A DNA stretch of 60,705 nucleotides, the filler included, from Sphacelaria rigidula (taxonomy: Eukaryota), in the NCBI GenBank assembly GCA_964200075.2. It is 8 parts of 8 records of this genome, joined end to end, with 100 filler letters (N's around TTAATTAATTAA, not from the genome) between each part and the next. Parts side by side here need not be neighbours in the genome. Positions count along the whole stretch, not along the records: positions 22,804 to 30,304 come from CAXNAA020014626.1; positions 30,405 to 37,905 come from CAXNAA020014627.1; 6 more parts are not named here. One strand, 5' to 3'. Each line of letters starts with the position of its first letter. Position 1 is the stretch's first letter. A program made the translations under genes and the position numbers. The notes below the pieces were generated by a model that was not told where the DNA came from, ran no database searches, and saw nothing but the letters and a program-made list of their open reading frames with translations. Positions 22,887-36,603 of this stretch are shown here, in pieces.

Positions 22887-24715
22887 ACTCATGATATGGA
22901 GTACCGTAGTCATAAGACCATTGACATCGCATCCCTACGAAGTCGGGACGGAGTACGCCGGGTTTTCGCCGGACCAGGCTCGCGATTAATCACTAAGCTC
23001 GAAGCGCCGTGATGTGTTCGGCGAGCGGCATGAAGGGTGAGGTGCATCCTGCCAAGATGGTTCGGGCCGAAGGGTACAAAGCATCTTGCATAAACGACAG
23101 CCTACAATGAATTGCTTCATTTTCTGGTATCACGAATTCCACAGACAGCCATGGGTTCCACACTGCGTCATGGAGGTTTCACCATTTGAACACTGCGTAG
23201 AATGATTTAGCTCAACAGCAAGCATGGTTACCGTGAAAAACCGCAAGGAAGAAAAAACGGTAACCTGATTGCCCAGCTTGGACGAAGGGTGGCATGTTCT
23301 CCAGCGTCGTTGCCAGTCGACAACCCTCGAGCGGAGGGAGAGTGGAGAATATAAATTCTTCACCAGGTTCGACACATGTAAAGCGGGGAATATACACTTA
23401 GCGTCAGTATCGTTTGATCCTGAGCTCCAATTGGCAATAATACTGAAAAATGATAAGGAAAAGCGTACCCACGTTTAGCATGTTTTGGCCTTTCAAATCA
23501 CTACAAGTACCACGGCTCCTCGACAGGACGGGGAATTGTTATTAAAAGGAGCAATCGACGATGGCTAGCACCCCCCCCCCCCCCCTCCCTGTAAACGTGC
23601 ATTTGACTGAGGTCCTCTGTACGCTTGCTTCAAACCTGGATTTGGTTTTTATTCAGCACGGCATGGTGCGGGTGCCGTGATATGTATGCGCACGCCGGGA
23701 AAGGGGGTCACGGGGAAACAAAACACCAAACCTGTAATCTACACAAGAACTAGTCACAGAGTACACGTACTTCAGTCTGAGATAGGTTACACCAGAGCGT
23801 TGCACCAGAGCGCACCTCAAAAGCGACGTGATTTCAACCACCTCACCAAAATTTCATGCTTATCGGACGCACTGAAAAACCACCACACGTACTGACTTTA
23901 TCGACCTCTTCGCCCCCGTCGGAAATCTATGATACGCTGCCCTACCCTCCGACTCCACACATGACCACCTGTAGTCGTGGAAGCATGAAATGCGGCGTTG
24001 ACGTCCGCATGGCGGAAGAACCGTCGCCCGCAGCATCCTGAAAGGCTAAAAGCTCTTGCCTCTTCATCAAAGCCACTCCATAGGGAAATTGGTAGCTTCC
24101 GAGGGTGGGCGGCGCGAAGCGAATCTGTGGTACGGGTACGAGTAATTTCGAGACAAACAAGCATACAAATTCTGTTGAAATGATTGGTTCATAGATGCAA
24201 CACTGTGCCATGCACGCCGCGGACGTACGCATCTGGATGGGATGCACATGCACACCAGGAAGAAAGAATATGCAAAGAAGTCACCGAAATAAAAGGGGGG
24301 CCGCGAGTGACACGAGCAAAACAAACCCGCAACGACACTCATACCTCTTACTGTATGGATGGATCACCGATGTTTCTAGGTGAACCGATCGGACATCGTA
24401 TGGCAGCTAAATGACACAGAGAATCGTCATGCTCCCCGGGAGCACTCTGCAATCTACGCGCCACGATCAGCAAACAACTATCTCGTATTCATGAAAGATC
24501 CGCCACGATCCCACCCGCGGTCAAAACGGATACCCACCATAGACAAGCAAACGCGAAGGCACTAGCTAACGGCGACTACACTAAAACAGAGGCACGACAA
24601 CGAAACGGTGAGAACTGAAAAGATATACAAAACATACACATATGTGTGGGAACCATCACATACAAGGGGCAAATTCCCGCATGTGCCTGTCAAGGAATTA
24701 CCTTTTCACATTTGC

Positions 24716-24783
24716 GACACCAGTGATATAGCTTGTACGCTTCACGAACAGAAGGTCCCGGGTTCAAATCCCGAGTCCCACCA
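24716..24783 (+). mobile_element. tRNA-derived (SINE-like) fragment
   Basis: T-arm/B-box cccgGGTTCAAATCCcg followed by ...cacca. The 5' half does not form a D-arm. Confidence 0.4.
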
Positions 24784-26374
24784 CAACGGTGAGAGCCAAA
24801 ACAAAATGGTGGATACTCTCTGAAGCAGAGTTCAAAAACTCACGGAAAATGTTCCGAGTCGATTGTTGGTTGGGTGACCCAACACACGTAAAAGATGTGT
24901 GAATAAACAGGCGAGATTTCAACCGCTAGCCGGCTAGCCGGTGTTGAAGGTTACTCCTACAAAACCTCCAAGAGGTTCATGAAAGGGGGAGGGTAATGTG
25001 GAAACCACTATTGAAAGGGGCAAATTCCCACAAGTGTCTGTCAAGGAATCTCCAATTGACATGTACATGTATATTTGCATATGTATGTTTTATTTTTCTT
25101 CCTTTTTCATTTGTTTTCCTCATTTTTCTCTGCCTGTTCTACCATTTTGCTTCCTTCGCTTTTCCTCGGCGCGTGGTTCCGTTTTCTTTCCATCTCATCT
25201 CGGGTAGGTCCATCATGTGACCACAGCCGGATCTCTGGACGATCACTTAAATGTGCGACAATCAATCAATTGAATCTATCCCAATTCCGGGACAAGTCCG
25301 TACGTAGTATAAACGGATCACCCGATGATGCCCCCAGCACCTACTCAACTTTGAGTATCGTAAACTGGATCATCACTCCTGCACCGCGTCGACTGTTCTT
25401 CTTCCGCCCCCGCCCCCCCGCTTTCAACGATGGAAAACATGTTCTGCTCAAAAAGACCGTATCCAGCGGGACCCAGATCCACAGTATTCCGCCTTGACTG
25501 GCTGTGACTGTACCAGTTGCACCACCCGGGCGAAGCGGCATCATATGCACATGCATGTACCGTACAAAACCGCGAATGGCGCCTGCACGTCTTACACCAC
25601 GCACTGAATAATACCCCTGCTTGATGCATTTTTGGTTGCTTCTGGCATCATACCAGTAACTGCAGCCCTGAACCAAAGTACGTAGTATACCATCCCTTCC
25701 AATTATGCCACCCGCGGGAGATGGCTTTGCGAGTTCCAAGAACGCATTACCCGGGGATCGTCCACATCCTATTTACGGTACATGCACCGTCAAATATCAG
25801 CGTGTCGAGGATCTGACCGAGGCGTGTCATAGGCGCATCACAGGCATGTCATATACGAGAGACAAGAGCTCTGCGACACTAATCCAAGGAGAAACAGAAG
25901 GCCCTCACGGTAGCCAGCGAGCACCGCACTTGGGTGCATTTTCGTTTCTTGTTTCACCTCCTGACTCTACACGTGTTGTGAGTCTTCCGGCCGTTGACTT
26001 GAAAAAACCTGCTCCGCAATCGTATACTACGAGTGCTACGATGACAATATGCTGCAGAAACATCTGCGCGTTGAACCTCCCAAGGCGTTTGTGTCATATT
26101 TTTGGGGCTGGTGGTTCTTTAGCATTGTCCTGCACGTCCATACTCGCACCCGATACGGCAACAGAATGGAGCAGAACAATCAAGTATGTGCCGAGGTTAG
26201 CGTCTCATTTCAAGACACTCCCTAAAACATTCTGTGCTGCCACTACGTCAATCCACCCCACAGAAGACTTGGAAAAAGTTGAGTACAGCCGTGAGGGAAA
26301 AACCTTGCGTTTCACCGGCCTAGCCGTGGGCTGTCTGTCCACTGTAGTGTACTTTGTAATGGTTTGACATCGAG

Positions 26375-26446
26375 CGCCGGTGGTGTACACTAAAATGATA
26401 CAACGGAGACCAGTCACGGCGAAGGAACGAGGGTTCAAATCCTGGT
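26375..26446 (+). mobile_element. tRNA-derived (SINE-like) head
   Basis: A-box-like ggtggtgtac and B-box gggttcaaatcc. No complete cloverleaf. Confidence 0.3.
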
Positions 26447-27599
26447 AGAAAGAGGGTTCCGTTCAAGTATCTGATTTTCATGACTGGGAACGTGAGCACG
26501 TGAGTAGCACATAAAATTCATGGGACGAGAGTGGACGCGGTGCGGGAATGCTGATAGTCATCATCCAATCCGCGATATCAAAATGAAGAGCGTGTAGCAG
26601 GGGAGAGATTGGATTGATCCCTTCGGACTACGGACTCGTCCCGACGAGAGGAAGGGGTCCAAATTCACATTATGACGCTATATATCAATATATATATGGC
26701 GAATCGGGTATGCGACCAATGATTTCGGTTGCACTATGGCGGGGTGCTGCATTTAAAAGAGACCAACGGTACTGCAAGGGATCGTTTGGACCACTGTACC
26801 TCGAGAACCTCTCCGCCCGCCCTGGAGCCCTCGACGGTGGCATCTCCGAAAGGCGAAGATACAGTCACCGGGAATCCGTCCGATGCCAGTCTTCACACAA
26901 GCTCGTCCGGTTCCGTCGAATTTTTTCGGTGAGCAGAGATGAGAAAAACACATATTTGCAACGTAGCGCACACAGAGTGAATAATTGAAGACGAAAAAAC
27001 AACATACTGAACCCATTAAACAAGTAATGTGTCATGAAACACATCACAGTACAGTACCCGTACTTTGAAAGTGTGACGTGTACATTCCGCACCTCAAGTA
27101 AAAGTTTGGCCATCATGGGTGTTGCCTCCGTTGAAAATGTGATCATATCCAGTTACTCTACCTGAAAAATGAACAATACGCGAGGACAGCGAGATATTGT
27201 ACCGATCTATTTAATAGTAGGGAAATGCCTAAACCACAAGCTTGAAAAAAAACCACACACTTTCCAACATTTTCATCATGCCATACACCATTTCAACAGA
27301 CACGGCAACCGAATAGATAACCGAAGATGGTCATGAGTACGACACAACAGGTCACCATCCACAGATCAAATAAAAACATTTCAGACTGTACTACTGAAAA
27401 CAGAACGCTCTATTCAACGCAGATTCAATCCACAACTATTCGTGTATATCCAACATGTCTTTATTTTCTATCGCACGCAAGCAACCTCTGAATGACCGGC
27501 CATACTCGAGCTCGAGCAAGTCAGAATCACGCACCCTTCTGAACAGAGCAACACATTCTAGTTTTCGAAGTTTTAGCCTTTATAACCAACAAGGCCCAC

Positions 27600-27660
27600 C
27601 TCTCGTAGTCTGTTTCTGGCCTCCGGAGCAATTCTGCCGGAGACAAAGAAGCTTCGTCAC
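27600..27660 (-). CDS. Possible small downstream exon of TBCD
   Basis: tctgcag acceptor and gtgggc donor. Phase-compatible with the 29101 donor (reads GDEASLSPAELLRRPETDYE). No recognisable motif. Confidence 0.35.
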
Positions 27661-28058
27661 CTGCAGACATGCGGAACGACGTTCAAACAAGCGGGCTATC
27701 AAGTCAGCAAAAGTAAGCAGGTGTAGGAAACAACGAGACGGAGCGGACGGTGCCTGACAGCACTCTATAATTAACAGACAAGCATAAAAACCTCAAAACA
27801 CGCTACACTGCTGTTGCAGTATGTCGTTTCCATCTACAAGTACAGGCGCGCCGGCCATTCCATGAAGGTATGCAAGTAGGCTTTCTGAATCTCTCCAGCT
27901 GCCCATCGCAAGCAGAGTGCTGTGCTGCATGGAAACAACATGACGTCATTTGACTTACCCTACGCCATATATTTCCAATTTTATGCCGTCCGAGTCGTCG
28001 TTTTGAGTGAACCGCTTCACGGTTCGGACGAACCGTCGCCGGTTCGAATCACCAAATC

Positions 28059-28180
28059 CACGATTTCTCAGGCCTGATGGCTCGAAAGAGAGAGAAAAGT
28101 CGACCGCTGTTCAAACACGTCTCCACGCAACTTTCACGCCATTCCACGTGCTTGGGCTGCGCGTGTACCTGGCTTACAAC
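28059..28180 (+). repeat. Dispersed repeat, copy 1 of pair
   Basis: Diverged match to 30185-30304 (cacgatttct..ggcctgat.gctcgaaag...gtgtacctgg.tt.caac). Confidence 0.7.
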
Positions 28181-29100
28181 GCTGAAAACAAAGCCTGAGG
28201 ATTGATTCTTACAGTACGAATCAATTACACTGGGATGAAGTAATTTCTAGACGAATCATCGAATCGTCTGACCCTTGAACCGCTTCGTTGCGAAATATCA
28301 GGAGCATTGACGGGAACACGCCCTAGAGGACATGGCGCGCCCGTCGCTACATATCAAACGTGTCGGGCGCGTTGGACAAGCAAGTACTGGCGTGCAATTT
28401 TGTGCACATGATCAGCGCTTTGGAACACGAGAAAGCGAAGTCATCAAGAAGAATCTAGCACGCCTGAACGCTACACTACACCCCCTAGAACACAAGGCAC
28501 GGTCTCACCAGGTACGATCACTTTTCACCCCGGCTGGCTTCGAAGCAGATCAATAAATATGATTGACAGATTGAGTGATTGATTGTCGCACTTTAACTGA
28601 CCCCCCAGGAACGAAGAAAGGGAAATACCAGTAGTCGTGTGGAGGAAGTAGATGCACAGAACTGCCTCTGTCGCGAAGCGTTAGAGGGCAAAAGTCATAC
28701 AGTTGCCGAATGTGAACTATACAAAAATAAACGGCACGTGCTAGACGAACCCAAGAAAAAACGAAACTGAAGCACTCACTGGAGAAAAGAAGGAACAGAA
28801 AAAGTCGAACAGGACGACACAGCAGACTTATAATATACGGCAATGAATCGAGTCACTCAATCAAATCACTCAATCCAACTTGATCAATTCTACGACCAGA
28901 AATCGTCAGAACAGAAGCAATCAAAGCTCAAGCCACAAGCCACATCCACGTTACTCATGGCGCGGCAACGAAAAAACAGACAACAAACATACAGCAACTC
29001 CAAGATATCAACAATATATTTCTTGTGTTATCTAACACGTACCCGATCCGTTCGCTACACTCCCCCACGTACTGCATTTCCAACCCCGTCACCTTCTCAC

Positions 29101-29799
29101 CCCTATTGGCAAGTGGCAGTCCAGTAGACGCCCTAACGGCAAGCCTGGCAAGCCTCTCTAGCGCCCCCAGCGCTTCCACCCGGCACCACGATCCAACGTC
29201 CCCCCTTTTGTCCACGGAGTAATCCGCAGCTGCGCTCAGCAGCGCAGCCAACACACCCTCAACGTCTCCGAGCATCAACGCCTCCGGCCGCCACCTCGAA
29301 GACGTCAGGGCATCCCTACCGTTCTCTACGTCCGCCGCCCCCTTCAACCCATCCTGGCCAAGACCAGCACCGCCATACCCTTTTCCGTTTCGCTGTCCAT
29401 TTTCCGCGCGTTGCTGCTGCTGCTGTCCGGCATCTGTTGCCGAATCTACCCCATCTCCGACCCCGACGCCTCCACTACCATGGGTACCCGCGGTCCGCAT
29501 ACGCTGCCCAACACCGAGTTCTTCACAAACATTCACCAGGGCCCTCACCGCGTTCCTTCGCGTTTCGGCGTCCGCCTCTCCCCCAGGCCCGCCTCCACAG
29601 GGTCCTCCCCCGAGCCTTTGTCTCTTAATGGCAGGGGGAAGGGCGGTGGCGACACCGGCGGCTGTGTTCTTATCCTCACCATTAGTCTCTTGTTGCTGTG
29701 ATTCGGTGTGCTGGGAGGACGGGGATCGCGGCCCGTGCTTCCCCCTAGAAGCGTCTTTTAGGGCCTCAAGCGCATCCTCTAGAACTTGTCGAGATGCTC
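29101..29799 (-). CDS. TBCD: Tubulin-specific chaperone D (cofactor D), internal exon
   Basis: Open 699-bp exon between a cag acceptor (29802-29800) and a gtgag donor (29100). Encodes DAETRRNAVRALVNVCEE and LLSAAADYSVDKRGDVGSWCRVEAL, the conserved TBCD DYxxDxRGDVGSWxR motif. Confidence 0.9.
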
Positions 29800-30184
29800 C
29801 TGGCCATTTGGAGTTGATTCAACAGGGCAGGACAGGACAGGACGGGAGACAGCGCAGGGTGGAAGGGACAGCGGCGTCTTTGTTCACCAACAACAATGAG
29901 ACGTGTGCGATCTTGCTGCACATGTCGCACACCTCGGGAGTGCCAGCGACCCCAAAACACGCCCGGAAACAGAACTGGGACCGCACAACTTCAGTCGCTC
30001 GTAGTAGATGCAATACGCCACGGTTCAGAACCCAGTGCCAACTACGCTTTGTCGGAGTTTAGGCCGTCATCTTCCACATGTACCACAGCGACCAGTCACA
30101 GGGCGTGACCAGCAAACCGTAATGATCGTTATTTACAGTCGTGCACGGTTAGGACAAATCATCACGACTCAAAACAACCAAATT

Positions 30185-30304
30185 CACGATTTCTTCGGCC
30201 TGATTGCTCGAAAGGGAGGAAAAAGTTGATCGCTGGTCCAAGGGGTACCAACGCAACTTTTGCGCCATTCCGCGTGTCTAGGCTACGTGTACCTGGGTTG
30301 CAAC
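30185..30304 (+). repeat. Dispersed repeat, copy 2 of pair
   Basis: Matches 28059-28180 and runs off the contig. Confidence 0.7.
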
Positions 30305-30404
30305 NNNNNNNNNNNNNNNNNNNNNNNNNNNNNNNNNNNNNNNNNNNNTTAATTAATTAANNNNNNNNNNNNNNNNNNNNNNNNNNNNNNNNNNNNNNNN
30401 NNNN
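30305..30404. other. Artificial contig linker
   Basis: N44-TTAATTAATTAA-N44. Confidence 0.99.
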
Positions 30405-31649
30405 GACAACGGCCATTCGGGGTGATTCGACAGGCATCAAAACCAACCACCGTTCGGGGATGACGGAATGGTCGGAAGAGTAGAATGTTTCAGGCTGATA
30501 ATTTGCTGTACTCTCTGCGGCAGGTTTTCTCACCTGCCGATGAGCTTATGCTGCAAGGAGATTTGTATGTTTTCCATGCGGACTTGGACCCAAATCAATC
30601 AAGTAAATTGTGATACGTTTCTCGCCCTGCATGATTAATCACTAATTGATCATGGGTGGATTGAAAAGTGGAATGAGTATTCATGTAGTTGAACGCTATT
30701 ATAGTTGCAAAGTTCATGTCCATCTTCACGTTTTCATCACAATTCTACAAGTAAGTACATGTCCGCATCCGGGAGTTGTTCACAGGCACCTACAGGCAAT
30801 TACAATAATTAGTGTTTTGGTGAGATTGAAAGTAAAGATGACGATTTAAAGTAAAAAGCGGTGAAGTAGTGGATGCATTGTTCCAGTTCCGGAATGCCCC
30901 ACAACGAGGCCCGATATGCTTTCTGTAGTAGCCTGCCACTGAGGCCCTTGATATCCTTGAGGATGTCGACGTGTAACTGTAAGAACACACCAGTGACAAT
31001 GGCAAAAAAAAAGCACACACGAAATGCGAAATTGGCTGAGCTAGAGCGAATTATCAACCCACTCCCGATCAGCGCTCTACTCCTGATATCACGAAGACGT
31101 TTTTGATGGTGAATGGACGTATCCGTGCTGTGTGAACTATCACACCTGACACTTGAATAATGACCAGATTATGCTGAGGAGCAGAGCTAATGTGATCGTC
31201 AGATCTAGGCTTCGGCACAGTCAGCCGGAACTACGACAACGAATGATATATATACTTCTTCGGGTTTGTTTAGTATCTTGCTTTCAATTTTTATTTCCTG
31301 TTCAGATTTGTACGCAACCGGTCCCTTCCCATATATCTACATCTCGGGCGCGATAGGTCGCTATCTCATCAATGATTATTCCAACAATTGCGGTGATACT
31401 GATCTGACCATCACAGGTGTCCACACTTTCTTGGTGTCATTTGGTACCGTACGGTCGTTGCCGAGTACATCGTTCCCGGGTCGTGTGCTCGGGGAAGTCG
31501 CTCCACTGTCAAGATCCGCCTGCGTTTGTCAAGCACCCATGACAGGTTTTCTCCGTCTGTTGTTGCATTAGATTCCCACGTTTTCCCCTGTGTATGTCCG
31601 CGCCTGTGTCCGTGTGACGTTACTGTGGTGTTTTTCCTATCTTCTTCAG

Positions 31650-31807
31650 GCCATGATCCAAACGACTACGAAATCGGTAAGCGGTGTTCGTTGCCAACGA
31701 TCAACCTCATGACGAAGGACGGCAAGATGGGAGACGAGGCTGGCTCGTACGCGGGGCAGGATCGTTTCGAATGCAGGGAAAACTTGTGGGAAGATATGGA
31801 CAGCGCC
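31650..31807 (+). CDS. valS: Valyl-tRNA synthetase (organellar type), exon A
   Basis: HDPNDYEIGKRCSLPTINLMTKDGKM...DRFECRENLWEDM, with cag and gtgag boundaries. Confidence 0.93.
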
Positions 31808-32295
31808 GTGAGTCTTGTTTTTATTTTCCCCCATACGCCGAAGTTTTTTCCGTCCGTGTTTATTGTTTTTTGGTCACTGTGATACGTCCGTGTTGCGGTA
31901 GTGAGTATTGGTTGTCGGAGAAGATATGTGTGCATGCGCATTTTCATATTTTCATTTTTTAACAAACATACGGGGGAAGAGTTCATGTACGAGGAGGTTC
32001 GCGTGTGGTCTCGTATACACTCCCAGTTGCTCCATTGTTTTTTGTCGTGTGTTGGCGTTCACATTCGTATATACTCTTTGAGTCAAAAATTCCGCTTATA
32101 TTGTGGTGTGAGTTGTCCCGCATTCCTCGTGGCATGGCTTCACATAAGTGGCACGGTCGGGGGGGGGGGGGGGGGGGAGGGGGCAAAGGCATTCAAGACT
32201 GAAGCCGGGAGCCCTAGCGTCTCCACCTTTCTCTTTCTCTTTCCCACCCNNNNNNNNNNGCGCGCGTGGGAGGCGGGGCGGCGGGGGGACCGGGT

Positions 32296-32347
<52 letters not shown>

Positions 32348-32785
32348 CATTCAATACTGAATCCATGAGCCCTAGCGTCTCGACCATTTTATTTCCCGGT
32401 CTCATCCTATAAAACCAAAAGCGAGCTTGCTCAATAGGTCAGGTCTTCGCTGCCTCCCGTTGCATTTTTCGTCATTCCATAAAAATACCCGTATTTTTCC
32501 TCTAGAGAGTGTGGTTCAGGTATATCGCGGGGGTAACGGGGGTCGCAGGGTCAGCTTGTGGATATTGTTCCGAAAGGATGTCCAGCGCGTAACCCTTCAT
32601 GAACTAACGTGATGATTTTTGTCCTGTGAATCTTTGTGAATCGGCATTATCTTGACTTGAAAATGACTGAAAATGATGCCGATTTATGAAACATGAGCCA
32701 GCACTCCCTGGGGGTCTATTTCTCAAAGGGTTGAACGAAATAATACTAATTCCGCATCTTCTCCCATCTCCGAAAATGGCGACAG

Positions 32786-32955
32786 GGTCTTACCCTCAAA
32801 GTGGAGCCCCACACGCAGAGGGTGCCCCGGTCTCAAAGAGGAGGAGAGGTGATCGAGCCGCTCGTGTCGTCTCAATGGTTCGTAAGAACAGAGGGCATGG
32901 GGGCTAAGGCTCTCGCTGCCGTGCAACAAGGAGACATTTCGATTTTGCCTGAACG
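32786..32955 (+). CDS. valS: Valyl-tRNA synthetase, exon B
   Basis: GLTLKVEPHTQRVPRSQRGGEVIEPLVSSQWFV...ILPER. Phase 0 start matches exon A. The motif resembles the plant plastid/mitochondrial ValRS. Confidence 0.95.
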
Positions 32956-33504
32956 GTGCGTTTTCCCCTTCATTTTCCTCCTGCCCTCATTCACTTGTCT
33001 TGTCCACTTGGTCACACTTTCTCCGACCGTCGCGTTTGTGGCAGTTTGTGGCGATTGTTGTTTTCATGTGTGGTTGTTGGATAGACTTGTCCTCGTGATT
33101 TTTGTGTGTTGGCACTGATTTTGTTGCGGGTGGCATGTGTAAATGTATTTGGGGCGTTGCTTGTGTTTTCCTCCTTTTCAAATTCGGCGACGTGTCTGTA
33201 TTTTCTTCTTTTGGCTGTAATCTTACACCAGTTGATTTGCGACGGTCAGTCTGCTAACCGATTAACCCTTATGGAACCCACTGACGGTTTTCGTTTAGGT
33301 GAAGCGGCAACACTCTAGCTCTTGAATGACCTCAAATGATGCCGGTACACAATGATGAAAATCGTCAACGTGTTCCAAAAAGGGTTGAATCCGAGCTGTT
33401 CAGTGTTGTCTTCGCGCTCGATGAGAACTACACGGGATATTCTTGACGTGTGCCCCCTGACTACTCCATATCGGTGCTGACTGTCGTCTTTACCGTGCTC
33501 TCAG

Positions 33505-33630
33505 GTTCGAGAAGGTCTGGCACAACTGGCTCGACGGCATCCACGACTGGTGCATTTCTCGGCAGCTGTGGTGGGGTCACCAGATCCCGGTATGGTACGC
33601 CGCGGGACACGACGGCTACTTTGTCGCCAG
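33505..33630 (+). CDS. valS: Valyl-tRNA synthetase, exon C
   Basis: [31 protein letters not shown]. Phase 2 on both sides. Confidence 0.97.
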
Positions 33631-34720
33631 GTGGGCGGGTGGTTGATTCATACCTTCTTTGAGCCCCGTGGCGTGTGCACATGCGACAGGATGGATCATG
33701 TACAGATCCACCATGCATTGTTGGTATGAGCTGATTGATCATGCCTAGATCGAATATATTGATCGTGGTACGTGCTAAATGTTTTATTTAGGTCGACTAT
33801 GCTTTGGTTTCTGCCTACTCATCACCCACAGATGGCATGCACTGAAATGCACTGAATACAGTGTACGATGACATCTGGTGCTCTGTAGAAAACAGAGGGC
33901 ATGAAGTGCTGCTGATGTATGCGATGAGAAGACTGTATGATTCCGTCGTGTGCATGCGGGCCCCATTGGAAGTAAGAAACAATTGGATTTGGATTTTTGT
34001 TGTTCGGGGGGTTTTCGGACAGGGGAAAGGTGACGTACTTGTGCTGTGAGACTGGCGTGCCAGCGCGTTGCTGTTGTTGATACAGCGCACGATTGTCCAC
34101 CTCGAATCGGTGTGCACTTCTCGAACATCGCGCCGCACATACATCACTGAAGTAGTTCAAATAGTGTTTCGATCCAACTAGACGTCCCGTTGTTCCTTTG
34201 TACGTTGAACTTGAGACGAAAATTCTGTGTGTATCGCACTTTTATACCATGAAGCGGTGAGTCGCGTCGTGCGCGAGCAGTCTGTGCTGAGCCAGCAAGG
34301 GGTCGGGGTATTCTATGTGCCTGCTGATCGCTGTCCGTGCGTCCGCTCTCGGAACACATTTTGCTATGAGTGTTCGTCCTTCGCATGGTGTGATGGCGCA
34401 ACCAGGTCGGCTCCGTGTTTTCTCATATTATAAACTCCTGACCTTACGCCCTGGTGCAAGAGCCTGTGTGGGTGCTCCTCCGCATCGTTGGTAGTTGGTG
34501 AATAGTCACTGGACTCGTGTATGTTTGCCTGCTCCTCGTCTTTTCCCCTTGTGCTATCGTCCTCCGATTGTCCTGTTTCGAGTGCATTCGTTTATTCACC
34601 TTGCGGGGGCAACCCTATCTCTTGCTTGACTACATCTGTATTCCTAGAGCATAACTTCGTGTCCCACAATCAATCAATCGATTAATCAACGAAAAAATCA
34701 ACTCGTCGGTTGTAGTTTAG

Positions 34721-34816
34721 GTCCGAAGAAGATGCTCGGAAGCAAGCGACGGAGGCTGGTGTGTCCCCTGACCTGAAGCTGGAGAGGGACCCCGACGTGC
34801 TCGACACGTGGTTCAG
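34721..34816 (+). CDS. valS: Valyl-tRNA synthetase, exon D
   Basis: SEEDARKQA...LERDPDVLDTWFS, with tag and gtaaag boundaries. Confidence 0.95.
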
Positions 34817-36477
34817 GTAAAGGAAGACAGTAAGTACAAGAGTATCCCGATACGAGTGGGGTATGCATATGTGATGCTTTTTATTTGTCAAAATGTGGGG
34901 GATGTTGATGCTGTTCGGAGTTCGTTCGTCATTGGCGTGTGTGTGTGTTCGGTTTTTTCGTGTGCGTGACTGCTTCGCTGTCACTGCCGGAAATGGTGGT
35001 GCCGTCGGTATGATTGTTGTGGCTTGCTGATTGACCAATCACAAAGGATGAGTGTTGTTTCCGACGGGTGAGTCTCGATGTTCCTCCACGACATTGCACT
35101 ACAGAACCCGTACCTAAATGTAAGAAATACCGTACCCAACACATCCTTTCTGATTTTCGCGGCTGTAAACGTGAAGAAGTGAGCAGCGTAAAATATTTTC
35201 GAGGGTCGACCCAGCACGGGATTGTTCGAGTAGACCACGACATTGTGATCAGGAATACGCGTAGCTTGAGAGACAAGGGATCGTCCCTTGAGACTATTAC
35301 ATCGTCTAGATGGAATGGACGAAAAGGAGGGAAAGACGGTTACACAACCTTGATGAAGGTGCTTCATCGAGCACGAGAGATAACGCCTATTTTGCTCTAC
35401 CTTTGCACCGTCCTTGATTATCGGTCGGACGTGTCTTGTTTTGACCCCCTAAAGTACATTTCGTTGTTGGCTTACTCGTCTTTTTCCTGGTCTTGTTATC
35501 TTCTTCAGTGCAACAGCCATTGTTTTGCTTTCATTCAATTTTGAACACATCCATCTCGGACACCCCAGGGCTAGATTCGAAATGGATGACCTACAGTAGT
35601 GCGAGGTGAGTAAATCATGTCATCAAGACAAGTCGGTGAAAGCCACACGAAATATGCCCACATACACACACGCGCACACTGGAGTGTGACCCACGCAGCG
35701 ACCCTCAGGGCCGTCGACGGCGCAATCCCAGCCCCGCCGGTCACTAGAACACAAAAGTCGTTTGCAAGATAAAACGCCAGCGGTTACGCAGACTCGGGTT
35801 AACACAGAGCAAAGAAGGGGGTTCGCGGTTGGAACCGGGAATGGGGGCACCAAACGAGAAAGACGCAACAGACAACAACTAGCCTCGTCGACGGTGAAAG
35901 ATATCCAAAAACGACCGAGAAAAAAAAGGGGGGAAATGGGGAATATGATTCCTCATTCCCTTTTTTTTTCGGGTTTTTGAGGTTTTTCCCCCTCCACGGG
36001 ACCGGGCCTATGGAGGCCAGATCGGTTAGCCTATCCTTTTGAGGGGTTGAGAAGGACAGGGAGGGTTAGCAGCCCCCCCAGAAACAACCGCCCTTTTTTC
36101 CCAGGTTCGATCGCGTACCTCTTTCTTCTCTGCGCCGCGTTTCTTTTTTAGTTTCGCGGTTCTCTTTGAAGTCTCCGTGTGAAAATTTTCGGATTTTCCG
36201 CGAGGTGGCGGGGGTACTCAATGGCGGCGGTAGAGGCTAATCCGCCGCAGAATTAATCCCCCCGCACATTTTAAAACGAACAGTGACGACACGAGTATTT
36301 GTTCATCAGAATGTACGTTTTCATGTGTTGATATTTGTGCGGGTAAATGCTATGCAGGTGTGGCACCCGCTTGTTTTTATTGGTGTAAAGTTCGTATCTT
36401 GTACGATGTGGTCATATTGTGGCAGTACGACATCCGCAGGTACATTGCAGACATTCGAGGCCTTGACGTCGCCCAAA

Positions 36478-36603
36478 CGAACATGTATATATTTTTATCG
36501 GAACAGTTATCTACAACAGCAGGAGCGAACATGTATATATTTTTATTGGAACAGTAATATACAACAGCAGGAGCGAACATGTATATACTTTTATTGGAAC
36601 AGT
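36478..36603 (+). repeat. 48-bp tandem repeat, ~2.6 copies, intronic
   Basis: Unit cgaacatgtatatatttttat(c/t)ggaacagt...tacaacagcaggag. Confidence 0.9.

Noticed and set aside
24716-24783. Functional tRNA gene
   Set aside because: Only the T-arm is convincing; there is no D-arm or acceptor pairing.
25380-26370. Possible LINE reverse transcriptase remnant on the minus strand
   Set aside because: Only vague resemblance, with no recognisable QG or YADD motif.
32150-32395. Poly-G tracts and duplicated gagccctagcgtctc around a 10-N gap (also poly-G at 22840-22886)
   Set aside because: This looks like low-quality sequence after a G homopolymer duplicated across a scaffold gap. The Gly/Pro-rich ORFs are artefacts.
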